This document shows, piece by piece, positions 40,330 through 50,630 of a stretch of 64,000 nt of DNA. The DNA is from an uncultured Ignavibacteria bacterium (lineage in GTDB: Bacteria > Bacteroidota > Ignavibacteria > Ignavibacteriales > Ignavibacteriaceae), in the NCBI GenBank assembly GCA_963811905.1, contig CAWETK010000011.1, positions 59,943 through 123,942 of the forward strand, in the 5' to 3' direction. The first letter of the stretch is position 1; each line of letters opens with the position of its first letter. The position numbers and the translations under genes were made by a program. The notes under the pieces are model-generated. The model was not told where the DNA came from and made no database searches. It saw only the letters and a list, made by a program, of their open reading frames with translations.

Positions 40330-41571
40330 TCAGATCTTTATCCTGCCCGCTGATTCTACTCTGTGCTTCCTTCCGCATTTGGGACAGGTGATTTCGGGTC
40401 GGTTCATTCCGAATCCCGGCGGCATCTTTATCTTCAATCCGCATTCACAGGTAATGGTGGAATAATCATTAACTGCCATCATTATATTTCCAAACTTCCT
40501 TTTTTCTTCTACAGCAGTCTGCGGTTCTTCCTGATCCCCGGCAGCCCTCAAAGGAATAACTGCACCATCTCTTAATCCCGAAGCAGGAATAATTGCGGCT
40601 GATGATCTCTTCAATGCCGAAAACGATTTTTGATAATCATTATATCCGGCTCCATACATCATTCCCCGCAGAATTCTTATCCTCTCTGTAATGGGCGGAT
40701 GTGTACTTGTCAGGTCTGACAACTTCATACCCTTTTTCTTTAATGGATTTGCAATATACATTGCGGCAGTTGCCTTGTTTGCAGAAGGAAGATCGTCGCG
40801 GCAATCGGATATTTTTTCGAGCGCTGATGCAAGCCCTTCCGGGTATCGTGTAAGTCTTGCTGAAGATGCATCGGCGAGGTATTCTCTTTTCCGTGACAAA
40901 GCAAAATAGAGCAGTCTTGCCATAATGGGTGCTAAGATTGCAAAAATTACTGCAATGGCAAGAATAATAATTTGTGCCTGTCCCCCGCTGTTCTTTGATC
41001 TCGACCCGTATCTCCTGCCTGCACCTGAAAAGAACATTCCCTTAACAAATATCTCAGAAATAATTACAATTGTTCCAAGCATAACAGCAGCATATGTAAT
41101 AAATTTGGTATCGCGATTCATTATGTGAGATATCTCGTGGCCAATCACTCCCTGCAGTTCATCCCGGTTGAGTTTTGACAATAAGCCTGCTGTAACCGCA
41201 ACGGCGCTGTGTGAAGGGTCTTTTCCGGTGGCAAAGGCATTAAGTGCAGGACTATCGATTATGTAAACTTTAGGCATTGCTGGCAGTCCTGCTGCTAATT
41301 TCATCTCCTCAACTACATTAAAGAGCTGCTGGTGAACTGCGGGGGTTACCTCTTTTGCCTGGCTGATGGATAGCACCAATGAACTGCCGGCCGTGACACT
41401 GATAATCGATAAAACTGTCCATATTATAATCGCTATGGAAAGACCGAATACTCCTCCGCCTTCGGGAACAAAAGCGCTCCCGATCAGATAGCCGAGAAGC
41501 ATCAGTGTGACTGCCATTCCTACAAATAGAAAGATTGACTTTCTCTGGTTGGATTTTATTAATTCCCACAT
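40330..41571 (-). CDS. M48-family (HtpX-like) zinc metallopeptidase with a C-terminal zinc ribbon
   Basis: It has TM helices, the HEISHIMNRD HExxH motif, and a C-terminal CECG...CPKCG ribbon. Confidence 0.85.
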   Translation of the reverse strand: MWELIKSNQRKSIFLFVGMAVTLMLLGYLIGSAFVPEGGGVFGLSIAIIIWTVLSIISVTAGSSLVLSISQAKEVTPAVHQQLFNVVEEMKLAAGLPAMPKVYIIDSPALNAFATGKDPSHSAVAVTAGLLSKLNRDELQGVIGHEISHIMNRDTKFITYAAVMLGTIVIISEIFVKGMFFSGAGRRYGSRSKNSGGQAQIIILAIAVIFAILAPIMARLLYFALSRKREYLADASSARLTRYPEGLASALEKISDCRDDLPSANKATAAMYIANPLKKKGMKLSDLTSTHPPITERIRILRGMMYGAGYNDYQKSFSALKRSSAAIIPASGLRDGAVIPLRAAGDQEEPQTAVEEKRKFGNIMMAVNDYSTITCECGLKIKMPPGFGMNRPEITCPKCGRKHRVESAGRIKI

Positions 41572-41586
41572 TTTATATGCAAAGCC

Positions 41587-42144
41587 TTATGAGAAACTTA
41601 CCTTCGGAACTTCTTTCTCTGCCTTATCTTCTACTTCAAAGAAATCTTCCATTTTGAAATTGAACATTCCTGCAACAATATTCGAAGGGAACATCTGGAT
41701 CTTATTATTATAAAATAAAACCTGGTCATTATAGCTCTGGCGCGAAAATGAGATCTTATTTTCTGTTGATGTAAGTTCTTCCTGCAGCGCAAGGAAGTTC
41801 TGGTTTGCTTTCAGGTCAGGATAATTCTCAACTACCAGGTTAAATTTACCCATTGCTTCAGTAAGCCGGGCTTCTGCTTTTGCTTTCTCCGAGACACCCT
41901 GAGCACTTACCGCCTGGCTTCTTGCATTTGTTATATTTTCCAGCGTCGCCCTCTCATGGTTCATATAACCTTTTACGGTCTCGATCAGGTTGGGTATTAA
42001 ATCATGACGTCGTTTGAGCTGAACGTCAATCTGCGCCCAGGCATTCTTAACCTGGTTCCTTAATCCTACAAGTGAGTTGTAATTCCCAACAAAATACAGC
42101 ACTCCGATTACAATTAATACTAAGACAATTATTCCTATAACCAT
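41587..42144 (-). CDS. lemA: LemA family protein
   Basis: An N-terminal TM helix is followed by YNSLV.LRNQV.NAW.QIDVQLKRRHDLIPNL and FYNNKIQMFPSNI. Confidence 0.85.
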   Translation of the reverse strand: MVIGIIVLVLIVIGVLYFVGNYNSLVGLRNQVKNAWAQIDVQLKRRHDLIPNLIETVKGYMNHERATLENITNARSQAVSAQGVSEKAKAEARLTEAMGKFNLVVENYPDLKANQNFLALQEELTSTENKISFSRQSYNDQVLFYNNKIQMFPSNIVAGMFNFKMEDFFEVEDKAEKEVPKVSFS

Positions 42145-42154
42145 TTTAACCTCA

Positions 42155-42550
42155 TTAATTATTTAATTTATGAGCAAACATTTCCTTTAGAAGTCCTATA
42201 ATCTTGTCCTGCTTATCAAGTCCTCCCATCTCTACAACCTGTTCCAGCTCGCCTTCATTGAACCAGAAGCCATGATCTTTTCTGCATTTATCAAGTGTAA
42301 CCTTGTTGTCTGTCCCGCAGGTAACCTTTTCCATCTTCTTACGGCAGATGGGACATTTGATGATTTTCTCATCGGAATTCTTATTCTCAGAAAATGAATT
42401 CAGCAGCAGCATTTTTTCTTCCGAATCCTGAAGAAGAAGTTCCAGCTCTCCATTATCAAGCCAGATGCCATGACAGTTTGTACAATAATCTATCTCTACC
42501 TGGTTCAATTCGAGGATAACCAGCTGGTTATTGCAAAAAGGACAGTTCAA
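42155..42550 (-). CDS. Double zf-TFIIB-type zinc-ribbon protein
   Basis: It has two repeats of the pattern C..C (CPFC, CPIC) ...........C..CHG.W.D.GEL. (NCHGIWLDNGELE, DHGFWFNEGELE). Confidence 0.7.
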   Translation of the reverse strand: MNCPFCNNQLVILELNQVEIDYCTNCHGIWLDNGELELLLQDSEEKMLLLNSFSENKNSDEKIIKCPICRKKMEKVTCGTDNKVTLDKCRKDHGFWFNEGELEQVVEMGGLDKQDKIIGLLKEMFAHKLNN

Positions 42551-42860
42551 ACTCGACTCCTTTAATATAGAACAAACTTAGTCAAAAAGAATTTCGAATT
42601 CATTATTATTTTAACGATTTATTCTTCCCATTCCATTTAATTCATAAAAAGCAAACCCTGAATTATATACTTATAATATGGTATTATGTAGGAATTTCAT
42701 TTATAAAGTTCTTTATAAAACAAAGAACGAAAATAGTATATAGCCAATTAATCAGATTTCTTCTTAATAGCGGATCCACAAATCCCCCCTTAACAGCTTT
42801 AGCGGTTTTAATACAAAATCAGATCACTTATGGCAAATGACTACTTACCTGCTTGCTGAT

Positions 42861-43207
42861 TTGACTTTAATGCCTGCATTAACTAATATTTATTCAGTAC
42901 AGGCGGAATACATATTAAATACTGAGCGGGGAATAATGGTTCAGTTTCTCATTTACTTTGGCACGATATTTAACTCTCACTCTCTCTGTGGTGGAAAGAT
43001 GAGTTGGGAATTTTTGTGTTTTCGATTTTTCTTTTCAAATGATATTATTCTTTCTGAATTTTTATTTATTGTCCTTCCACTTCTACCACATTCGGCAATT
43101 GTTAAATCTCCATTGTACATTTTTAATTTTTTTCCTAACGGTTTTACATAAAACAATAATTGATTTAATATTCTGCATCTTTTTATTACCAATAACGGAG
43201 GTTAATT
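42861..43207 (+). promoter_or_regulatory. Conserved promoter plus ~320-nt leader, copy 3 (5' half conserved, 3' half diverged)
   Basis: TTGACT (42861-42866), N17, TAATAT (42884-42889). It is again exactly 319 nt to the ATG at 43208. Confidence 0.45.
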
Positions 43208-44661
43208 ATGAAAGCTGTATTATTATTTCTGATTTTTTTACCAGCTTATTCCCTGATTGCTCAAGAAAATTATAGTAAAAAGCTTACCCGTTTTGGGAAA
43301 ATTGATTCAAGATTTATTCCTCAGTCAAATATTAATTATTATCCACTTACAGATGGTGACTACTGGGAATTTATTGAAACCGATACAGCAACTGTTACCG
43401 GTCAATTTTATGAGAGCGGACTGAATTTTTCTTTTACTAAAGAAATTCTTTATGATACGGTTTTATCAAACGGGAATAGCTATAACAGAATCAAATGGAA
43501 TAATGAAGCCAACAGCGTAAATTATCCTCCGGTTTATGAGTATCATAGGAAAGATTACTTGGAAATGTCTTTTTGTTTTACCAGGGTAATGATTACCTGC
43601 TTTTTGATGTTAACGCAAATACAGGAAATACTTATCCGGCACATCTTCCCGGGTACGTATGGTTGGTAGCAAATAAATATAATATTGTTGGTTTTGGAGA
43701 TACTCTTTCTGCTATCGATTTTAATCTTCTAGAGAATGGAATAACATTAAGGGAAACCTATACCTTAGTCGAAAACTTTGGTTTGACATATTATAGAAAG
43801 AATATAGGCGGCTATAATTTGCCCGAAGGCAATTTCTGGGGCGCAGTGATAAACGGAGATGAATTCGGAACCTTAATTGTTAATAAGCAGCAAGTTGATT
43901 GGTCAGAATATTACCCCTTACATATTGGTGACTATTGGGTTTATGAGGGGGAATCAGGAAGTATACCATTCGTAGAAACTCATAGAATAACAGGTGATAC
44001 AATTATGCCAGACGGGAACACCTATTTTATTAAAGATTCTATAATTCTTGAGAGATTGGATAGCGCAGGTAGATTATTTGTATGGTCGGATAATAACTTA
44101 TCGGGAGTTCTAAATTATAAATTTACTGATATATTGGGCGACACAGCAATTAATTTTAACATAGGTAATTCTTTCTGGCGACTTGACAATAAATTTTATA
44201 ACAATAACAGATATGAGATATATAGGTTTTTATATCCTGACTTGATTTATTACGGTCAGTATTTTGATCAAGGTTTAGGATTGTATGAATGGACAATTGA
44301 AGGAGGATATGGAATATTAAAAGGCGCTTACATAGATGGGACTCTTTATGGGGATACAACTGTTACTTCACTATCAGAAAACTCAAACTATACTCCGGAT
44401 AGATTCATCCTTTATCCAAATTACCCAAACCCCTTTAACTCTATAACAAATATCTCTTTCTATTTGCCTGTTTCCTCCAATGTCCAGTTAATCATTTATA
44501 ATATGCTCGGAGAACAGGTGAAAATCAGCAGTAATAAATTTTACAATTACGGCTTTCATTCGGTAATACTTAATGCTAATAATATGTCTACTGGGGTCTA
44601 CATATGCGTCTTGAACACAGATAAAAAACGAGTTAGCAAAAAAATGGTTCTTTTAAAATAA
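43208..44661 (+). CDS. Secreted protein with a T9SS C-terminal sorting domain, interrupted by a frameshift near 43558
   Basis: Track ORFs 43208..43669 and 43573..44661 join as ...YEYHRKD.LGNVFLFYQGNDYLLFD.... There are two YYPL..GDYW repeats. The C-terminus reads LYPNYPNPFNSITNISF...IYNMLGEQ...GVYIC. Confidence 0.7.
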
Positions 44662-44675
44662 AGGAGATTATTAAA

Positions 44676-45082
44676 ATGAAATACTTATTTAAGATTTTTA
44701 TTTTATTTGTAATACTTTCTCTCAAAAAGGATCAATTCCAAGCGACTCTGTTATTGCTAATGTGCGTGGGGCAAATCCGAGTAAAGAAATCCCAGAGCAA
44801 GTTACTCAACTTAAACCTCTTCAATATGAATTAAGTCTGAATTATCCTAATCCTTTTAACCCAACAACAAGCATAAATTACCAGGTAAAAGAAAAAGGTT
44901 TTGTATCATTAATAGTTTATGATATGCTGGGAAGAGAAGTTTCCGATCTTGTGAATGAGAATCAGGACGCGGGAAAATATTCAGTAATATTTAAGGCGGC
45001 TAACCTACCTTCCGGAGTTTACATCTATTCAGTAAGAGTGAATGACATTGTTAAGAATAATAAGATGACTTTACTGAAGTAA
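44676..45082 (+). CDS. Mini T9SS cargo: signal peptide, ~40-aa linker and C-terminal sorting domain only (frameshifted near 44715)
   Basis: An AAGGAG RBS lies 9 nt before ATG 44676 (MKYLFKIFILFVILS). The next frame continues SQKGSIPSDSVIANVRGANPSKE...LSLNYPNPFNPTTSINY...VYDMLGRE...GVYIY. Confidence 0.5.
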
Positions 45083-45095
45083 TTTTCTAAATCAA

Positions 45096-45124
45096 GGGGG
45101 TAACTACTTGTGTTACCCCTTTGT
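45096..45124. terminator. Bidirectional rho-independent terminator between convergent genes
   Basis: GGGGTAAC-tacttgt-GTTACCCC is followed by TTTG. The preceding bases are A-rich for the opposite strand. Confidence 0.6.
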
Positions 45125-45177
45125 ATTACTCAAACTCTTTTCAACATCTTCCGGGTGTTGCTGCTTAAACAATTCCA

Positions 45178-48100
45178 TTACTTCCCTGCTGAAACTGTAA
45201 GGAATTCGAGAAGTTTTTCCGGGGATTCAAAGTTATTAGGCATGGAGAATTTCAAGACTGATTTCTGCTGACTGAATTTTATCCTGTCTTTATAGTTACC
45301 CATAATGAATCTCATCAGCTCCGCAAACCGGTATTTATAATAGTCCTCTTTTTCCCCTTTTGGAAGAATTATAAATATATTTTTCCTCTGGATGATTATC
45401 CTCTCGAATAATGCATATGAAGAATACAATTTTAATGCGGCCGCTGCAATTAATCTTTTGAACAAGTATCGGCAGCGGACCAAACCTGTCTTCCATTTCC
45501 TCCGTAAGTTCTTCCAGCTCTGATATTTCCTTTATAGAATAAAGTGAAGTATAAAAATTCAGCCTGTCCATCTGCTCAGGCATATATTCCTTCGGAATTC
45601 CTATATCAAAGTAGGCATCGATAGTGGGCTCTGTTCTTTCTTCCTGTTTCGGAAGGCTTTTGAATATTTCCTTGAATTCCTGGTATTTCAGCTCTTCAAC
45701 TGCCTCATTGATCATTTTAACATAAAGATCGAAACCTACCTCATTTATGAATCCCGTCTGCTCTGTGCCCAAAAGGTTTCCGGCTCCTCTGATCTCAAGA
45801 TCACGCATTGAAATATTAAAGCCTGCCCCAACATCTGTAAACTCTTCGATCGCCTGAAGTCTCCGTCAGTGCTTTTTTGTTTATTCCGTTGAGGGATGGC
45901 ACTATGAAATAAGCATACGCCTGCCGGCTCGACCTCCCTACTCTTCCGCGCAGTTGGTGAAGTTCTGCAAGACCAAACCTGTCGGCACGGTTTACAATTA
46001 TCGTATTTACATTCGGAATGTCAATACCTGATTCGATGATCTTGGTTGAAAGCAGTACATCATAATCCCTGTTGAGAAATCCATGGATAACATTTTCGAG
46101 CTGACTTGCTTTCATCTGTCCATGTGCGATCGCAATCCTGATATCGGGAATGTATTTATGTAAATATCCTGCAAGTTTCTCAATAGATTGTACACGGTCG
46201 TGAACAAAATATACCTGTCCGTTCCTCCGCATCTCATTCATTACCCATTCTTTTATTTTGTGAATATCGAAAACAGCAACCCGTGTATAAATCGGCTGCC
46301 TGTTCGGGGGAGGAGTTGCAATTATTGATAGATCCCTGGCTCCAAGCAGTGAAAGATTTAACGTCCTCGGGATCGGAGTTGCAGTTAGTGTCAGTGTATC
46401 CACATTTACTTTATATGACCGTAGCTTTTCTTTGGCTTTCACTCCGAAACGATGTTCTTCATCTATTATCAGAAGTCCAAGGTCCTTAAATGCGATATCC
46501 TTTGATAACAGCCGGTGCGTTCCGATGACTACATCAACCTTACCCTCCCTCAGATTGCCGGATATCTCTGTCAGTTTCTTTTTAGTCTGGAACCGCGACA
46601 TCACCTCCACGGATACCGGGAACTGCGTAAGCCTGTCCTTAAAGGTATTATAATGCTGTTCCGCAAGAATGGTAGTAGGAACAAGTACAGCCGCCTGCTT
46701 GCCATCCTGTACTGCTTTAAATGCCGCACGAACGGCAACTTCGGTTTTGCCGAAACCGACGTCACCGCACACAAGCCTGTCCATCGGGTTCTCTGCTTCC
46801 ATATCTGATTTTACTTCTTCGGTTACTTTCTCCTGGTCAGGGGTATCTTCATATAGGAAAGAAGCCTCGAGTTCCTTCTGCCACACTGTATCCGCACCGA
46901 AGGAGTATCCCAGCGTTGCCTTTCGTTTTGCATATAGCTCGATTAATTCACGGGCCGCTTCTTTAATTTTCTTTTTGGTTTTTGATTTTGTGTTTACCCA
47001 GTCGGATGTGCCGAGAGTTGAAAGAGTTGGACTAAGGTTATCGTTTGACGAATATTTTTTAACCAGCGTCAGGTAGTTGAGGTTAACATATACAATGCCT
47101 CCTTCGGCAAACTGAAGCTTCATAGATTCCTGCTCTGCTTCGCCGATACGTATGGTTTCAAGTCCGGTATACCTGCCTATACCATAATCCTCATGCACCA
47201 CGTAATCCCCTCTTTTTATCGAAGCAAATGCCTTCGATTTTGACTTCTTGTATTTGCGGGATGATGGTATTTTGGTTCTGTAGGGTTTGTTGAAAATCTC
47301 ATAATCCGTAAGTATCAGGAGCTTCTCCTCTTTCAGAAGAAATCCTTTTCTGATAGCCAGCGTTTCAATCTTTACCTTACCGGAATCGATTAAAGCGGCA
47401 AGCTCTTGTTTAAATTCACTTAAAAGATCGCGGAGCCTTGTGGTCTGCAGTTCATTTTCTGAAGTTATAATAATCCGAAAACTTTTTTCTGCGTAATCCT
47501 TCAGTGTATTGAACAGTATCTCATAGTTTGAATTTATAGAGGGGGAATCTGAAATTCCGGCATCGATCCGATTATCAGTAGATCCAAGCTCCTCTTCAAT
47601 CAGCCACTTTGTGCCGTGAATATCCAGGTATTTTTTGTAATCTTCTGAATGATTTGCTGCATCCGGTGCTGTCTCCTCTTCTTCCTGTCCCTCGGGGAAA
47701 TCATCGAGGTAGGTTTTTTCATCCGGTTCGCCTTCAGGTTTGTCTGCTGCTATGACCGGCTTCACCTCCGCGAAGCAATTAAATTTTTCAGGTTTGAAAT
47801 TTTTCAGCTCGAACGAGGAGGCAATGATCAAAGGCTTATCCAGATGTGTAAATATATCAGTATATCTCTGCTGATCTTCGCCTGAGCTTAATGACGGGGC
47901 AAGAGTAACTTCCTTAATTTGTTCGATCGAACGCTGACTTTCCGGATCGAAGTACCTGATCGATTCGAGGAAATCACCATCGAATTCCAAACGTACCGGG
48001 TTATGCTCGCTGTATGACCAGAAATCAATTATTGCACCGCGCTGAGAATAATCGCCCGGGGCTTCAACAAATTTATCCTTCTGGTAATTAAGCAGACTCA

Positions 48101-48536
48101 GATATTCTATTACATCGTCATATGAAAGATTGCCGCCAACCTGCAGACTGGTTGTCTTCTCGTTGATCTTTTCTTTAGAAGGAAGTTCACAATTCAGGAT
48201 GCTGTATGTTGATATAAGTATGAACTTTTCTCTTTTGGTGATCTCAGTGAGGGTTTCCTGCAGCGGTTCCGACCTGAATTCATTTACTACGAGAAGCTTA
48301 TCTGTCAGTCCCAGCACAGTTAACTCAACCTTCAGCTCGTCGACCGACTTTGAATCGGGAAGCAGAACAACCAGTCTGCTTTCCTTTAATGAGAGTCCGT
48401 TTATGAGAAAACTTTTTGATGAACCATACAGCGGTGAGGTGTAAATTATATTCTTTTCGGACGTATAGGGCGCAGCTATCCCCGGGATATTTCGAATAAC
48501 CTTTGTGTCAAGAAAATCTTTAACTATATAATTCAT
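45178..48536 (-). CDS. mfd: Transcription-repair coupling factor, interrupted by two 1-nt frameshifts (~45866 and ~45457)
   Basis: It has GDVGFGKTEVA (Walker A), DEEHRFGV, and TATPIPRTL. The next frame gives RRLQAIEEFTDVGAGFNISMRDLEIRGAGNLLG, and a third frame gives the C-terminal LIAAAALKLYSSYALFERI.... This corresponds to three track ORFs: 45816..48536, 45335..45808 and 45178..45483. Confidence 0.85.
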
Positions 48537-48687
48537 AAATCCGTAACTGCCGCAATCCCGCCGTTATATTTAATCAGTCCGGGATATTTATCAACGTCGC
48601 TTATTAATTGCTATTAGCAACTAATAAATAAAAATAGTAGAAGGTCATACCATTATAGTCAGCATCTGTTGCATCAGGAATAGTTTT

Positions 48688-49365
48688 TTAGTCTGCTCCT
48701 AATAATTTCTTTATTTCATTTTCGAAAAATATTCTGATGTCATTCAGAGAAACATCGTACGCCGGATAAAGATGTTTAATGTTCTCATCTTCTATATCCT
48801 CGGTGTATATCATTTGCATCACAAAGATTTTTTTGGTCATACCCGGAATATATTCTAATGAAATCTCCAAAACTTTGTTTATATCAAATATTTGTTTTGT
48901 AATTACATATAAATCATAATAATCCCGAAACCTTGCTCTCAAAGAAAGCGCATTGGTTTTCATTGCAGTAATTAATTCTAATCTGCCGATAAATGATTTA
49001 TTTAATAAACTTTCTCTTTCCTTTAATTTATCCCAGTAGTTGGCAAAGAATATAACCTTTACACCATCCACAAAAATATCAAGTCCATCAGTAAAATTAT
49101 TAACAATTTTTGTCGGGTATATAGCAGTAATAGCCTTCAATATCGGATCAATACCCGCAGCATCTAATTTTTGATGCCATGTAAAAAAATCCAGATCCTC
49201 CGAAAAACGATGATGAAGATGAATAGAAAGCGCTGAATCGCCTACTAATGTAAAGTTTTTGATTTCCTCTATTTCTGATAGAGAACTTAAAACTTCAGCT
49301 GTTTTGGGTTCCAGGTATTCTTTTATCTTTAAGTCCGGTGTCTTCCTAAATCTTATATCCGATTA
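48688..49365 (-). CDS. AbiEii/AbiGii-like nucleotidyltransferase toxin family protein (no canonical start found for the full-length frame)
   Basis: The frame is open from 49365. FTLVGDSALSIHLHHRFSEDLDFF is the NTase core of the AbiEii family. The ORF-track start (TTG 49140) would delete this core. Confidence 0.55.
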
Positions 49366-49374
49366 CTTGAAAGA

Positions 49375-49683
49375 TTAACTCTTGTTCCTTGCAGGTTCAG
49401 GCTTCACTTCTTTGAATCTCCATTTTTGGTTTTCTTCCAGAAATTTCAGAATTGTATTCCTATCTGAGGATATATTGAAAATAAACCTTGCGAGAAAATA
49501 ATTTAATTTATTAAATCTTCTGTCTGATATTATCTTTTTAATCCAGATATCCCGGCAATATTCAATGCCGAACTCTTCGATTACTTCAGCAATTTCATCT
49601 AAATCACCATATTTTAAAACGTATTCGAGCTTAACGGGATCAGGAACACTTTCTTTATCGTAGCTCCAGGTGTAATTTTTCAT
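49375..49683 (-). CDS. Hypothetical 102-aa protein, possible cognate partner of the AbiEii-like gene
   Basis: The ORF is intact. Its stop lies 9 nt upstream of, and in the same frame as, the AbiEii-like reading frame. Confidence 0.4.
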   Translation of the reverse strand: MKNYTWSYDKESVPDPVKLEYVLKYGDLDEIAEVIEEFGIEYCRDIWIKKIISDRRFNKLNYFLARFIFNISSDRNTILKFLEENQKWRFKEVKPEPARNKS

Positions 49684-49694
49684 TTGCTTAGAAG

Positions 49695-50630
49695 TTAATT
49701 TTTATTTTCAATAGCTCTTCTTACAAATCCATCTGCCTTCTTCAGCCTGCTGTGAGCCTCATCTAAATCGACTTCAGCCAGTATCATTACCAGGGCTGTT
49801 TTAACATGCCCGCCTGCTTTGTTAAGGTAAACTTCCGCTTCCTCATAAGCTAAACCGGTAATAGTCATTATAATTCTTTTTGATCTTTCCACCAGCTTTT
49901 TATTGGTCATCTGGAGGTCTATCATCATATTTTCATAAACCTTGCCCAGCCTGATCATTGAAGCGGTGGTCAGCATATTCAGTACAAGCTTCTGGGCAGT
50001 GCCGCTCTTCATCCTCGTAGATCCCATTACCACTTCAGGACCAACATAAGGACAGATAGCAATATCAATTTCCTTAATGTTAAACTCGCTTCGGGGATTG
50101 CATGTAATATATAAAGTTTTTGCACCAAGTTCCTTTGCTTTCTTAACAGCGCCGATAACATAAGGCGTACGTCTGCTTGCAGCTATGCCGCATACAACAT
50201 CATTTTTATTTATCCCGGCTTTGATAACATCCGCTGCGCCGTTTTCTTCATAATCCTCAGCACCTTCCTGCGCGCGGAACATTGCTTCCTTTCCTCCGGC
50301 AATATAACCCTGCACAAGTTCAGGATCAGTGCCGAATGTAGGAGGACATTCGGCTGCATCAATTACTCCCAGCCGCCCGCTGGTACCCGCGCCGAAGTAA
50401 ACAAGCCGTCCCCCTGCTTTAAATGCAGAGACAATAAGCTCAACTGCTTTTTCTATGTAAGGAATTTCTTTTTCAACGGCAGAAGGAATTATTTTATCTT
50501 CATCATTAATTATCTTCAGAATTTCACTCACCGAAGCAGTATCGATATTCATCGAGGCCGCATTGCGCTGCTCTGTTTTTAGTGAACTTATTTCTTCAAA
50601 TAACTTTTTTTTTTCTGAAGAAGAACTCAT
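49695..50630 (-). CDS. murQ: N-acetylmuramic acid 6-phosphate etherase
   Basis: It has the SIS domain motif GAGTSGRLGVIDAAECPPTFG and ...LTTASMIRLGKVYENMMIDL. Confidence 0.85.
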   Translation of the reverse strand: MSSSSEKKKLFEEISSLKTEQRNAASMNIDTASVSEILKIINDEDKIIPSAVEKEIPYIEKAVELIVSAFKAGGRLVYFGAGTSGRLGVIDAAECPPTFGTDPELVQGYIAGGKEAMFRAQEGAEDYEENGAADVIKAGINKNDVVCGIAASRRTPYVIGAVKKAKELGAKTLYITCNPRSEFNIKEIDIAICPYVGPEVVMGSTRMKSGTAQKLVLNMLTTASMIRLGKVYENMMIDLQMTNKKLVERSKRIIMTITGLAYEEAEVYLNKAGGHVKTALVMILAEVDLDEAHSRLKKADGFVRRAIENKN

